A program made the translations under genes and the position numbers. This document shows, in pieces, positions 8,483 to 17,077 of a stretch of 32,000 bases of DNA (position 1 is its first letter; each line of letters opens with the position of its first letter). Origin of the DNA: Desulfocapsa sulfexigens DSM 10523 (GTDB lineage Bacteria; Desulfobacterota; Desulfobulbia; Desulfobulbales; Desulfocapsaceae); the NCBI RefSeq assembly GCF_000341395.1, contig NC_020304.1, positions 60,001-92,000 on the forward strand, given 5' to 3'. Under the pieces are notes generated by a model. That model saw only the letters and a program-made list of their open reading frames with translations, ran no database searches and was not told the DNA's origin.

Positions 8483-8907
8483 CCAGGAGAAAGGAGAGAG
8501 AAGAGATAAAGCAAAAACAACTATGCATATCTCATGCCAGAAACACAAACTACACAATACCTTCTAATACCAGACAGATAGCAAAACTCACCTCCTGCAA
8601 ACGGCAGAAATGGAGTTAAATTTTTTTTACTTTTAAAATTCTTAACTGCATTTCCATCTATTATCAAATAGTTACCGTGGGTACTTATTTAAACTGATAA
8701 TTACTAGCAACCGTTAATCAACTGGATAGCCTGACAAAATCCTGCTATTTTACAAAAATGAAGCTGCCACTGCAAAAAAATGTCCAAATAATTGAACCAT
8801 CATACTGTAAAAAAAATCACAAAATCGGTTCTTTTGCTTTTCCTTCCCCACCTTGTTAGAGTATTAACTTAATGTAACAGAATTTCCTATTCTTCCGGTA
8901 TTATACT

Positions 8908-10938
8908 ATGACATCTATCTACGTATTCCTCACTATTATTTTCCTTGGAGTGTTTGTTATCGGATTCCTGTCCTTTCGCCTCCGAAAAGAAATCAAAAAG
9001 AACACCTCCCCCTCTCCCACCAGCAGTAACACCAACGAAATTTTTCTTATCCAGGACACCTGTTTTCAATCACCTCACGAGGCAATAGCACTCTTTGACG
9101 GCAATGGTTTGCTCGTTCTTTCAAACAGCACCTTCCAAAAAACCTTCCCCAGGCCTGAAAAAACCGATCATAAAATTGAAATATATGACTATTTCCCAGA
9201 ACACATGCGCTCCATGCTGCAGAAAGGGCTAACCGAATGTCAATTAAACAAAAAGGACGTTGAGCAGGAGTTTTTCCTGGAAGACAGGCGGTACACATTC
9301 ACCTTTTGCCCTGCGAACCAGAAAAATGAGACACATGCGAAAATTTTTCTTTTCTGCAAAGAACTCCCTTCCCAGCGACTCATGCCTCGCTACACATCAC
9401 CAGATGATATGATTTGGAGGACAATCCTCAAACTCACCAATCCAAGTGCACTGCATTCAGACTGGCATACCTGTTTCAATAGGGTTCTCCCCGATATGTG
9501 CAAAGCGCTGGAGGCAGACGAGCTTTTTCTCCTCGACAACAGTCTGACAGCGGGAACACCATTATCACGACATGGCAGAAACCAGACCAATGCCTCTAAA
9601 CATGACTGGATCCTCTCCGTTCCTGTTTGGATGAACATGCTCAAAAAAGGGCAAACCATCCAGAACTTCGCTGAACATTTTGACCCCGAGGAACAGACAA
9701 TCCTGCAACAGGAGGGAATAAAGACCCTTCTGCTCATTCCTCTCATTGTAGAAAACGAACTGCTGGGCCTCATCGGACTTACCAGAACACAAAAGGCCAG
9801 CCTGTTCCACCAGCAGCAGATAAACAGCCTGTTATTCATCTCCGATATCCTGACCATGGCCATCAGCAATCAGCAGGACCGCCTGGAGCGGGATCGCCTG
9901 GTTACTGTGGTGGAACAGTCCTCGGACTGTATAATTATTATCAACAAAAGTGGTTCAGTTCTTTACGCGAATCCAGCATGTAAGACGGTTACTGGGTTTT
10001 CTCCACAAGATATAACAGGTCACTCCATTAAACGTCTCCATACTCCTGCCATCCGCAGGAAATTGTGGGGTGAAATCAAAAATGCGCTTGCAACGGGAAA
10101 ATCATGGAGCGGACAGTTTGACAACTACCGAAAAGACAAGACCCTCTACCAGGAAGAAATGCTTCTTTCACCTGTTCTTGATCATGAGGGCAGGGTTGCA
10201 AATCAGGTGATAGTCAAACGTGACATAACCGAAGACAAACGCCTGGAATCCATCGCAGAAGCAGCAAACCTGATGGACAATATCGGCTTTATTTTTTCCA
10301 GTATCCGCCACGAACTGGGTAACCCGATCAACGCAATAAAGGTTTCTCTTTCTGTCCTGGAATCTAATCTGGAAATGTACGACACAGAAGCCATCAGCCG
10401 TTTTATCCACCGTGGTCTGTCCGATATCGGCAGAGTCGAATATTTACTCAAAACCCTTCGGAACTTTTCGATTTTTGAACGACCTGACCTTAAAGAGACT
10501 GACATGCGGGCTCTGCTTGACAAGCTCATTCATCTTACAGAAAAAGACCTCGCAAAACAGTATGTTATGCTGGCAATACGACATCCCGAGAAGCCACTGA
10601 CAGGGATGGTAGACCCACGAGCATTTCTCCAGGTCCTGCTCAATCTGACCACCAACGCCGTTGCCGCACTCGCTGAATGTGACAACAAAACAATCACCAT
10701 ATCCCTGATACAAAAGCACAAAAATCAGATTACTTTCATATTTGAAGATAATGGCTGCGGCATGGATGAAGAGACAGTAAGAAATTTATTCCGTCCATTT
10801 TTCACAACGAAAGCGGAGGGGACCGGTCTGGGACTGGTTATCGTCAAAAAAATGCTCTCAAAAATGAACTGTTCAATTACCGCAAGTTCTCAAAAGGGTA
10901 AAGGAACCAGAATGGAAATTATCATTCCAACGGCATGA
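8908..10938 (+). CDS. Membrane-anchored sensor histidine kinase (TM - PAS-like - GAF-like - PAS - HisKA - HATPase_c)
   Basis: 676 aa with a single N-terminal TM (IYVFLTIIFLGVFVIGFLSF) and essentially no periplasmic domain. PAS region: VVEQSSDCIIIINKSGSVLYANPACKTVTGFSPQDITG...VIVKRDITEDK. H-box: FSSIRHELGNPINAI. ATPase N/G boxes: LLNLTTNAV, FEDNGCGM, FFTTKAEGTGLGLVIVKK. Confidence 0.9.
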   Translation: MTSIYVFLTIIFLGVFVIGFLSFRLRKEIKKNTSPSPTSSNTNEIFLIQDTCFQSPHEAIALFDGNGLLVLSNSTFQKTFPRPEKTDHKIEIYDYFPEHMRSMLQKGLTECQLNKKDVEQEFFLEDRRYTFTFCPANQKNETHAKIFLFCKELPSQRLMPRYTSPDDMIWRTILKLTNPSALHSDWHTCFNRVLPDMCKALEADELFLLDNSLTAGTPLSRHGRNQTNASKHDWILSVPVWMNMLKKGQTIQNFAEHFDPEEQTILQQEGIKTLLLIPLIVENELLGLIGLTRTQKASLFHQQQINSLLFISDILTMAISNQQDRLERDRLVTVVEQSSDCIIIINKSGSVLYANPACKTVTGFSPQDITGHSIKRLHTPAIRRKLWGEIKNALATGKSWSGQFDNYRKDKTLYQEEMLLSPVLDHEGRVANQVIVKRDITEDKRLESIAEAANLMDNIGFIFSSIRHELGNPINAIKVSLSVLESNLEMYDTEAISRFIHRGLSDIGRVEYLLKTLRNFSIFERPDLKETDMRALLDKLIHLTEKDLAKQYVMLAIRHPEKPLTGMVDPRAFLQVLLNLTTNAVAALAECDNKTITISLIQKHKNQITFIFEDNGCGMDEETVRNLFRPFFTTKAEGTGLGLVIVKKMLSKMNCSITASSQKGKGTRMEIIIPTA

Positions 10939-10940
10939 TT

Positions 10941-10972
10941 GTGTGCTTTTGCTGGACTTAGCACATGTTTTT
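10941..10972 (+). terminator. Weak terminator-like hairpin after the histidine kinase
   Basis: Stem tgtgct (10942-10947) / agcaca (10960-10965), followed by tgttttta. Short stem and interrupted T-tract. Confidence 0.3.
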
Positions 10973-11089
10973 ATGGTAGTTCTGAGTGATACAGGATCAA
11001 AGTCAATCAAAACTTCAAGTAAATACAATTACGCTGTGCACCTGAATAACAACCATTTTTAAATCAGCTGACATATGTTGGAGAACCAT

Positions 11090-12250
11090 ATGAAAAAAGT
11101 TTTAATTGTTGATGACGACGAAAGTTTTCTTCACGGTCTCATTGACGGATTTAAGGCCTATGAGGACAAGTTTTCCATCACCACTGCCGGCGATGGTATC
11201 GAAGCATTAACAGCCCTTCGGGAACAGGAGATCAGTCTGGTACTGACCGACCTCAAAATGCCCCGGATGGATGGTTTTGAGCTGGTTGCTCACCTGAGCA
11301 GTAATTACTCTGACATTCCAGTTATTGTTATGACCGCATTTGGCACCCCGGACATGGAAGATAATCTTCGTGATATGGGAACATTTCAATATATTGAAAA
11401 GCCCATAGACTTCGGAATGCTGGTTGAAAAGATTCTTAAAGGTCTTGCCGGTCCCTCAAAGGGATACATCACCGGCGTATCTCTCTCTTCCTTTCTCCAG
11501 CTTCTTGAACTCGACAAAAAATCATGTACCCTCACCATCCATGCAGGAAGCAAAAAAGGGGTCATGTATTTCAGAGACGGAGATCTTCTCGATGCCACTG
11601 CCATGAACCTCAATGGCAGCGAAGCTGCCTACGCCATAGTCAGCTGGAAAAATGTAGAAATTGAGATTGATAATAACTGTCCGGTTACAGACAATAAAAT
11701 CACAGAATCACTAGGTTTTATCCTCCTTGAGGGGTGCAGGCGAAAAGACGAGAGTAACGCGGCAAAAACACAACGCCCTGGTCGGGGTGCTGACTTAGGC
11801 AACCTCGACTCTCTCAACATGGAAGATCTTGACCTGAATCTCTCCGTAGCTCCTTCTTCTCAATCACCAAAAACCAGCCCACCGTCGCAGCCATCAGCAC
11901 CAGCAAATCCAGTTCTGGCGCAATTTATCAGCATGTTGAGTTCATTTCCGGAAATCATCAGCTGCACAATCAGCTCCAAAGACGGGAACGTTCTCCATCA
12001 GGCAGGAAAACAGGGAAACAACACGGCCAACTTTACTACCTACGTTGCCGTCGCAGCTGAACAGATAGAAATAGCCATCGGTGCATCCGGCAGACAGTAT
12101 GCTATATTCACTCTACAGGACGACTCAAAACTGCTGGTACTCTGCGGTCAGGACGTCATTGTTGGTCTCAAGGTTGGCAGTTCTGCCTTCCCGGAAACCA
12201 TCGCAACGGGATTACGTCCCGTACTGAGCAGAATCAGACTTTCAGCATAG
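11090..12250 (+). CDS. Response regulator: REC receiver + DUF4388 domain + Pro/Ser-rich linker + C-terminal roadblock/LC7-like domain
   Basis: REC: MKKVLIVDDDESF...LVLTDLKMPRMDGFEL...VIVMTAFG. DUF4388: GYITGVSLSSFLQLLELDKKSCTLTIHAGSKKGVMYFRDGDLLDATAMNLNGSEAAYAIVSW. Linker: PSSQSPKTSPPSQPSAPANP. Roadblock-like tail: ISCTISSKDGNVLHQAG...YAIFTLQDDSKLLVLCGQDVIVGLKV. The track ORF starts at ATG 11075, but GGAG at 11080-11083 sits 6 nt before ATG 11090 (MKKVLIV), so I favour 11090. Confidence 0.85.
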   Translation: MKKVLIVDDDESFLHGLIDGFKAYEDKFSITTAGDGIEALTALREQEISLVLTDLKMPRMDGFELVAHLSSNYSDIPVIVMTAFGTPDMEDNLRDMGTFQYIEKPIDFGMLVEKILKGLAGPSKGYITGVSLSSFLQLLELDKKSCTLTIHAGSKKGVMYFRDGDLLDATAMNLNGSEAAYAIVSWKNVEIEIDNNCPVTDNKITESLGFILLEGCRRKDESNAAKTQRPGRGADLGNLDSLNMEDLDLNLSVAPSSQSPKTSPPSQPSAPANPVLAQFISMLSSFPEIISCTISSKDGNVLHQAGKQGNNTANFTTYVAVAAEQIEIAIGASGRQYAIFTLQDDSKLLVLCGQDVIVGLKVGSSAFPETIATGLRPVLSRIRLSA

Positions 12251-12320
12251 TAAACGAGAATAAGATTTTTTTAAACATTCCATAAACTTTATGACTCAGA
12301 TCATATCAGGATAGCTCACA

Positions 12321-12974
12321 ATGGATTCATTGCTTCAGGAAATCACTGTACTCCCAGGCGTTCTCGGTTGTTTCGTCCTTAACAGTAAACAGAAAATTGC
12401 CGGCAGCAAAATGCCACCCATTTTCAAAGAAAACAGTATCCAGACCATCGGCAATCTCATTGCCCGAACCATCCAGATCGGTAACATGGCCCAACTCGAG
12501 TTCAAAGGAATTGAGATAAAATATAACGAATCTCTCCTTCTGGTTACCCCTTTAGCCCAAAATGCACTGCTGATTATTATTTGTGAACCGGGCGCAAACA
12601 AATCGCTTATCACCATGACCACGGGAATGTTGGCTCAGGATATTTCCGAGGCCCTGGCAAACCCCATGGCACACCAGGCAGCCATACAGCAACAAAAGTC
12701 AGCCACGACTCCACAACCCCCAAAAGTGGCGGTCGATGAAGCAGAAATTGATGCCGATCTTGCGCCCATACTTGAACAAGTGAAAGATGCTTTAGCCATG
12801 GCTATCGGCCCCATTGCAGCGCCGGTCATGAAAGACACTATTGAAATATGGGCAAAACAAGACGCCCCCTCCATCACAACCCTGCCGGCTCTTGCAGAAC
12901 TCTTATGTAAAGAGATCAATGACGACGACCTGGAACGTGAATTTATGACCGAAATTAAAAATATCACAAAATAA
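12321..12974 (+). CDS. Roadblock/LC7-like domain protein with uncharacterised helical C-terminal domain
   Basis: 217 aa. The N-terminal half (LLQEITVLPGVLGCFVLNSKQKIAGSKMPPIF...LLLVTPLAQNALLIIICEPGANKSL) follows the roadblock/MglB-like pattern. The C-terminal half (ILEQVKDALAMAIGPIAAPVMKDTIEIWAK...) belongs to no family I can name. Confidence 0.7.
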   Translation: MDSLLQEITVLPGVLGCFVLNSKQKIAGSKMPPIFKENSIQTIGNLIARTIQIGNMAQLEFKGIEIKYNESLLLVTPLAQNALLIIICEPGANKSLITMTTGMLAQDISEALANPMAHQAAIQQQKSATTPQPPKVAVDEAEIDADLAPILEQVKDALAMAIGPIAAPVMKDTIEIWAKQDAPSITTLPALAELLCKEINDDDLEREFMTEIKNITK

Positions 12975-12993
12975 GAAACGGCGGCACCAGAAC

Positions 12994-13035
12994 AAAAAAA
13001 GGGAAAGCAGCAATCCTGCCACTCTCCCTTTTTCT
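12994..13035. terminator. Possible shared terminator between convergent genes
   Basis: aaaaaaaggga (12994-13004) pairs with tcccttttt (13025-13033), enclosing an inner 4-bp hairpin gcag/ctgc (13007-13019). It lies between the convergent stops at 12974 and 13095. The outer stem is A/U-rich, so the call is weak. Confidence 0.35.
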
Positions 13036-13094
13036 TATCACATCCAGGTACCAAGCAAAGAATCCCTTAAATACCTGGTAATTAGTAACACAAG

Positions 13095-13973
13095 CTATTT
13101 TCCTGCACAGCGCTCCAGAAGTTTAGCGGTGCTTATCCGCAACCTATCAATGGCTTTTGCCAGATCACCAATTTCATCCTTGCTACTCACACCAATATCT
13201 TCATCAAGTTCCTTTCCGAGACTGATCTGAGTCGTCTTGCGCTGAAGTTTAGCAAGAGGTGTAACGACACCACTGCTCAAAAAGTACCAGATCACACCCA
13301 TCAGCACAATGATTCCTGCTGCACCCATGACAAAAAGGCTGGTGGCTGATTTTTTTGCAGCAGTCATAGCCCTTTGCAGAGGAACATAAACGATGCTGGT
13401 GGAGACTATCTCCCCCTTGCGCCAGTCATAACCAGTTTCTGTTCCATAAATTTCGACCTGATCCTTGGGAGCCTCCTCCGGAGTACCGTGGCAACGCAAG
13501 CATCCTTCAGTAACGGCAATTGGCCTGGCAAAATAATAGAAACGCTGACCGTTCTTGGTCATAATTCCCTCACTATTTTTAGTCGCCTTATTCTCACCAA
13601 ACATCTTAATAAGCTTCAACTCATCACCATCGGCTTTATTTGGCAGATACAGAGGATCAATTGTGGCCTGCTTAAATTTGTAACCTGGAAAGCGCTTCTC
13701 AAAAATCTCCCAAACACCTCGGGTCATAACAAAACCCGACATAATCTCAGGATAAAAACGATCCTCCTCAACAAGCTCAGCAACCAGTGGCCGCTGGGAA
13801 TGTTTAAAATAGAGCCTTGAAGAGTCAATCATGTTGAAGACAATAGCGCCCTGCGTTTTAGCATCCTCCATGGCATTCTTAACACTAAATTTATAGCTCG
13901 AATAAGCAAGTGCCAGGCTTGCCACCAGACTGAGAACTCCAATAACTACGATAAAACGGACTCTGATACTCAT
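13095..13973 (-). CDS. Periplasmic c-type-haem DUF3365 (Tll0287-like) sensor domain + TM + HAMP domain, with no output domain
   Basis: 292 aa. N-terminal TM: FIVVIGVLSLVASLALA. The periplasmic domain carries a haem-c attachment motif CLRCH (codons at 13488-13502). Second TM: LFVMGAAGIIVLMGVIWYFLS. HAMP-like: VVTPLAKLQRKTTQISLGKELDEDIGVSSKDEIGDLAKAIDRLR. The protein ends a few residues later. A GGAGG SD lies just upstream of the ATG, 24 nt after the serA stop. Confidence 0.8.
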   Translation of the reverse strand: MSIRVRFIVVIGVLSLVASLALAYSSYKFSVKNAMEDAKTQGAIVFNMIDSSRLYFKHSQRPLVAELVEEDRFYPEIMSGFVMTRGVWEIFEKRFPGYKFKQATIDPLYLPNKADGDELKLIKMFGENKATKNSEGIMTKNGQRFYYFARPIAVTEGCLRCHGTPEEAPKDQVEIYGTETGYDWRKGEIVSTSIVYVPLQRAMTAAKKSATSLFVMGAAGIIVLMGVIWYFLSSGVVTPLAKLQRKTTQISLGKELDEDIGVSSKDEIGDLAKAIDRLRISTAKLLERCAGK

Positions 13974-13997
13974 GCTCCCTCCTCTTTTTTTCCTGAA

Positions 13998-15179
13998 TCA
14001 GGAAAAGGTAATCTCACGGGTTCTAATCACATCCTTATTGGCGGTGAGTTCAGCAAGAATCTTTGCATCAAGCGCTGATTCAAGATCAATTATATTATAA
14101 CCGACCCTGCCGTTAGACTCATTTTTAAAGCTTACGATATTTACTCCATGATTTCCAAGAGTATTCGTTATAAAACCGATCAGTCCAGGCACATCATTAT
14201 TAATGATAATGAGACGGGTATGAACAGTTGATGACGGAATCGACTCAATATTAGGGAAGTTAACACTATGGGTAATATTCCCATAATGCAGATAAGCCGA
14301 CAGTTCCCTTACAGCCATTCGGGAACAGTTTCCTTCGGACTCTGCTGTTGATGCACCAAGGTGGGGAGTGGTCAACGTTTTGGGGTGCCTGATTACAGCC
14401 GGTGTCGGAAAGTCAGAAATAAAGGCCTCAAGCTGTCCTGAATCCAGAGCGGCAAGAACAGCATCTTCATCAACAATAGGGCCCCTTGCATAATTCACCA
14501 AAATCGCACCAGGTTTCATTTTTGAGATAAAATCTGCATTCACCATACCCTTAGTTTTTTCGTTAACCGGCAAGTGGAGGCTCACAATGTCTGCCTGAGC
14601 AAGAGTATCGCGCATGGCACGGGTAACCGTTACCTCGGGGAGGAGATTGTGAATATTGTCAAGACTTGGAAAAGGGTCAAATCCATATACCTTCATAAAA
14701 CGTTGAATTCCGCCATTGGCCAGTCTTACTCCAATCTGGCCAAGCCCGATAACCCCAAGTGTTTTCCCGGCAATCTCAACACCACGAAAAGCAGCCTTGC
14801 GGCTTTCGACCTCACCGCTAACCTGGTCAGGTGGGATCTCAGCCAGTGACTTGCAAAAGGCAATCCCCTGATAAATATTACGCAGCCAGATTCCGATCAT
14901 GGGAAAAACCAGATCAACAACGGCATTGGCATTCGCACCCGGAGTATTAAAAATACAGATTCCTTTTTCAGTTGCTTTATCCACGGTAATATTATTGACT
15001 CCGGCACCGGCCCTTGCCAGTGCAAGCAGCTCCGGATAATCATCAACATCCACCTGGGAACTTCGTACAACAATTCCATGGGGATTGCTATCATCGGGGT
15101 CAACGGCATATTCATCGCCGAGAAGTTCCAGGCCTTCTGGAGCTATGGCATTAATAGTTTTAATTCGAAACGAGGTCAT
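13998..15179 (-). CDS. serA: D-3-phosphoglycerate dehydrogenase (2-hydroxyacid dehydrogenase with C-terminal ACT domain)
   Basis: 393 aa. NAD-binding GKTLGVIGLGQIGVRLA, catalytic region ...LVNYARGPIVDE...HLGAST, and an ACT-like tail HTRLIIINNDVPGLIGFITNTLGNHGVNIVSF. Confidence 0.85.
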   Translation of the reverse strand: MTSFRIKTINAIAPEGLELLGDEYAVDPDDSNPHGIVVRSSQVDVDDYPELLALARAGAGVNNITVDKATEKGICIFNTPGANANAVVDLVFPMIGIWLRNIYQGIAFCKSLAEIPPDQVSGEVESRKAAFRGVEIAGKTLGVIGLGQIGVRLANGGIQRFMKVYGFDPFPSLDNIHNLLPEVTVTRAMRDTLAQADIVSLHLPVNEKTKGMVNADFISKMKPGAILVNYARGPIVDEDAVLAALDSGQLEAFISDFPTPAVIRHPKTLTTPHLGASTAESEGNCSRMAVRELSAYLHYGNITHSVNFPNIESIPSSTVHTRLIIINNDVPGLIGFITNTLGNHGVNIVSFKNESNGRVGYNIIDLESALDAKILAELTANKDVIRTREITFS

Positions 15180-15297
15180 ATTCTTCTCCGTATATTTGGC
15201 AAAGGGTCAACTGCAATCTCTGTAATGTGGTTAAATTTATCTCAATTCTTTTACTTCATTCCGCTTTCTAACACAAATCCTTTTTATTTAAGGATGT

Positions 15298-16982
15298 TCA
15301 GTATGCAAAGGGAACAACTTTCTGTAATCGGAAAAGGCTTTCTTCCCGCTCCGCGAGAAAAGCAAAACAGGAGGGCCCAGTGGTAGCCACTCCGAGTTCA
15401 CTGAAAAATTCTGCAGAGAATCTGTAAAAAACTGTCTGTTTGAAAAATCTGTTTCTCTCCTTAGGAAAATACAATCCGGGGACTTCCATTGGCAGCTGCT
15501 GATACAGATGATCCTTCAAAAGACGCTCAGCTCCGGCATCCTTTTCAAGACAGACTGGTAGCTTACGCTGGCCACAGCGCAGCCAGTCATAAATGAGCAA
15601 CTCTCGTGTCAGTTTTCTGTCATTTCTTTGGCTCAAAGCTTTAACCAAGAGAGAACATAAAAGATCCTGGGTTGCAGCAAGCTCAAACAATCTTTCTGCT
15701 TGGGCAATTTCGAGGAGAAGCATAAAAAAGAAGCAACATCCATCTTTTGTTTACGAAAATAGTACCATAAGGACGGGAAGAATCTATTATTACAGAATTT
15801 CTCCACACACTCGGAAAACCAGTAAAGCTCCTGGAGGGTCTCAGCATCCATCCATTGATTCGCCAGGACACTGTAGGGTGGTTTGGCACAGGATCGATAG
15901 AAAAAGTCGGCTGCTTGACCGCTAATGGCAGTATCCGGCAAAAGTTTCAGCAAGCCCATTTGAATATAATGTGGCCCCATCGCAAAGATATCAGCAAATG
16001 ATTTGAGATAGCTGCTCCTGCTCTCATGGGGAAGACCAAGAATCAAATCCGCGTGCAGATGAACAGTACCCATTACAGCAAGGCGTGACACTGTGTCGTG
16101 AGCAACTTTGGGGTCGATCCTGCGATTTATAGCCGCAAGAGTTGGTTCATGGGTGGACTGAATACCGATTTCAAACTGAAAACGCCCTGGTGGAACCGTT
16201 GCCAGATAGGCAAACATCTCTTCACTGATTCGATCCGGGGCGATTTCGAAATGAAAAAGTGTCTCCGAGTCATACTCGAGCACAAGCTTCCATATTGCCA
16301 GTGCCCTGTCTGGCCGATCGTTAAATGTTCTATCCACAAAGCGCAGTACTTTAGTGTCATACGACATGATCTGGTCGAGTTCCCGCCGTATCTGGAGAAG
16401 ATCTTTGTGAACCGTTCCATTTTCAGCAGAGGACAGGCAGTAAGAACAGGAAAAAGGACAGCCACGGGAACTCTCGTAATAAACATTACGATTTTTCAGG
16501 TGAATGGCAAAATCTTCATCCCGGTAGGGCGAAACAAATTTTTCATGCTTCTCTTTAAGGTGGAAGAAAGAACGCCCATACTGCCGCTGCAAAGCTGTTG
16601 CCTGCAAATCACGGTAAAATTCCTCCTGTACTGCCTCAATTGCTCCGCGCACAACGGTGCAACTGCCACTTTTGACATTCGCCCCCACCACAGCTGCCTG
16701 AGGGCCTCCTACAACCAGCTGACACGAAGGCAATAACGCATGTAAATCGGTAATCAGCTCTTCAACACAATCAGAATTCCATACTGCTGCTGAAAAGAAA
16801 ATGGCATCAGGGGTGTCTTTGCTGAGGCGCAGGAGTACTTCATAACGTGGATCGCGAATAGTAAGCTGGAAAATTTCAGTGGAAATATTCGGACAGTGCG
16901 TTTCAAGTTCATTGCGAACATGAAACAGGGCCAGGCTCGAATGGGTAAAGCGACCGTTAATGGCTACAAGTTTTATATACAT
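15298..16982 (-). pseudogene. B12-binding radical SAM protein with C-terminal DUF4080, interrupted by a frameshift (ORFs 15633..16982 and 15298..15723)
   Basis: The 449-aa ORF carries the radical-SAM cluster motif SSRGCPFSCSYC (CxxxCxxC) after a B12-binding-like N-terminus, and it enters a DUF4080-like region (LQELYWFSECVEKFCNNRFFPSLWYYF). The 141-aa ORF, in a different frame (16982 mod 3 = 2, 15723 mod 3 = 0), continues that domain (LLLEIAQAERLFELAATQDLL...LIYDWLRCGQRKLP). The two frames meet at a homopolymer. Confidence 0.75.
15724..15729 (-). other. Homopolymer (A6 on + strand, T6 on coding strand) at the frame switch of the radical SAM gene
   Basis: Coding strand reads GAT GTT GCT TCT TTT TTA TGC. 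Adding one T gives ...TCT TTT TTT ATG CTT CTC..., joining ...MDVASFF to MLLLEIAQAERLFE. The downstream frame has a stop at 15751-15753, so the shift must lie between 15723 and 15750. Confidence 0.7.
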
Positions 16983-17019
16983 TATTCAGAGAAAGATTCT
17001 TCTTTGGAAAAGAAAAGAA

Positions 17020-17077
17020 TGATATGGTACATATGACTTCATTGCGTATGACTTGAAAAAACGATCTTACCATATCA
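17020..17077 (+). promoter_or_regulatory. 10-bp perfect inverted repeat enclosing an 8-bp direct repeat, abutting the start codon of the M1/ChaN/PDZ gene
   Basis: tgatatggta (17020-17029) is the exact reverse complement of taccatatca (17068-17077). Between the arms, tatgactt occurs twice (17032-17039 and 17047-17054). The element sits in the 95-bp divergent intergenic region. Its function is unknown; it could be an operator or a 5'-UTR stem. Confidence 0.3.

Noticed and set aside
15277-15295. Hairpin atcctt/aaggat immediately after the stop of the radical SAM/DUF4080 gene
   Set aside because: The stem is a 6-bp A/U-rich stem with a weak downstream T-tract (ttgtgtt). It is too unstable to call a terminator with any confidence.
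15633-15723. Selenocysteine or stop-codon readthrough explanation for the split radical SAM gene
   Set aside because: The two ORFs are in different reading frames (coordinates mod 3 differ), so an in-frame UGA recoding cannot join them. A frameshift at the homopolymer is required.
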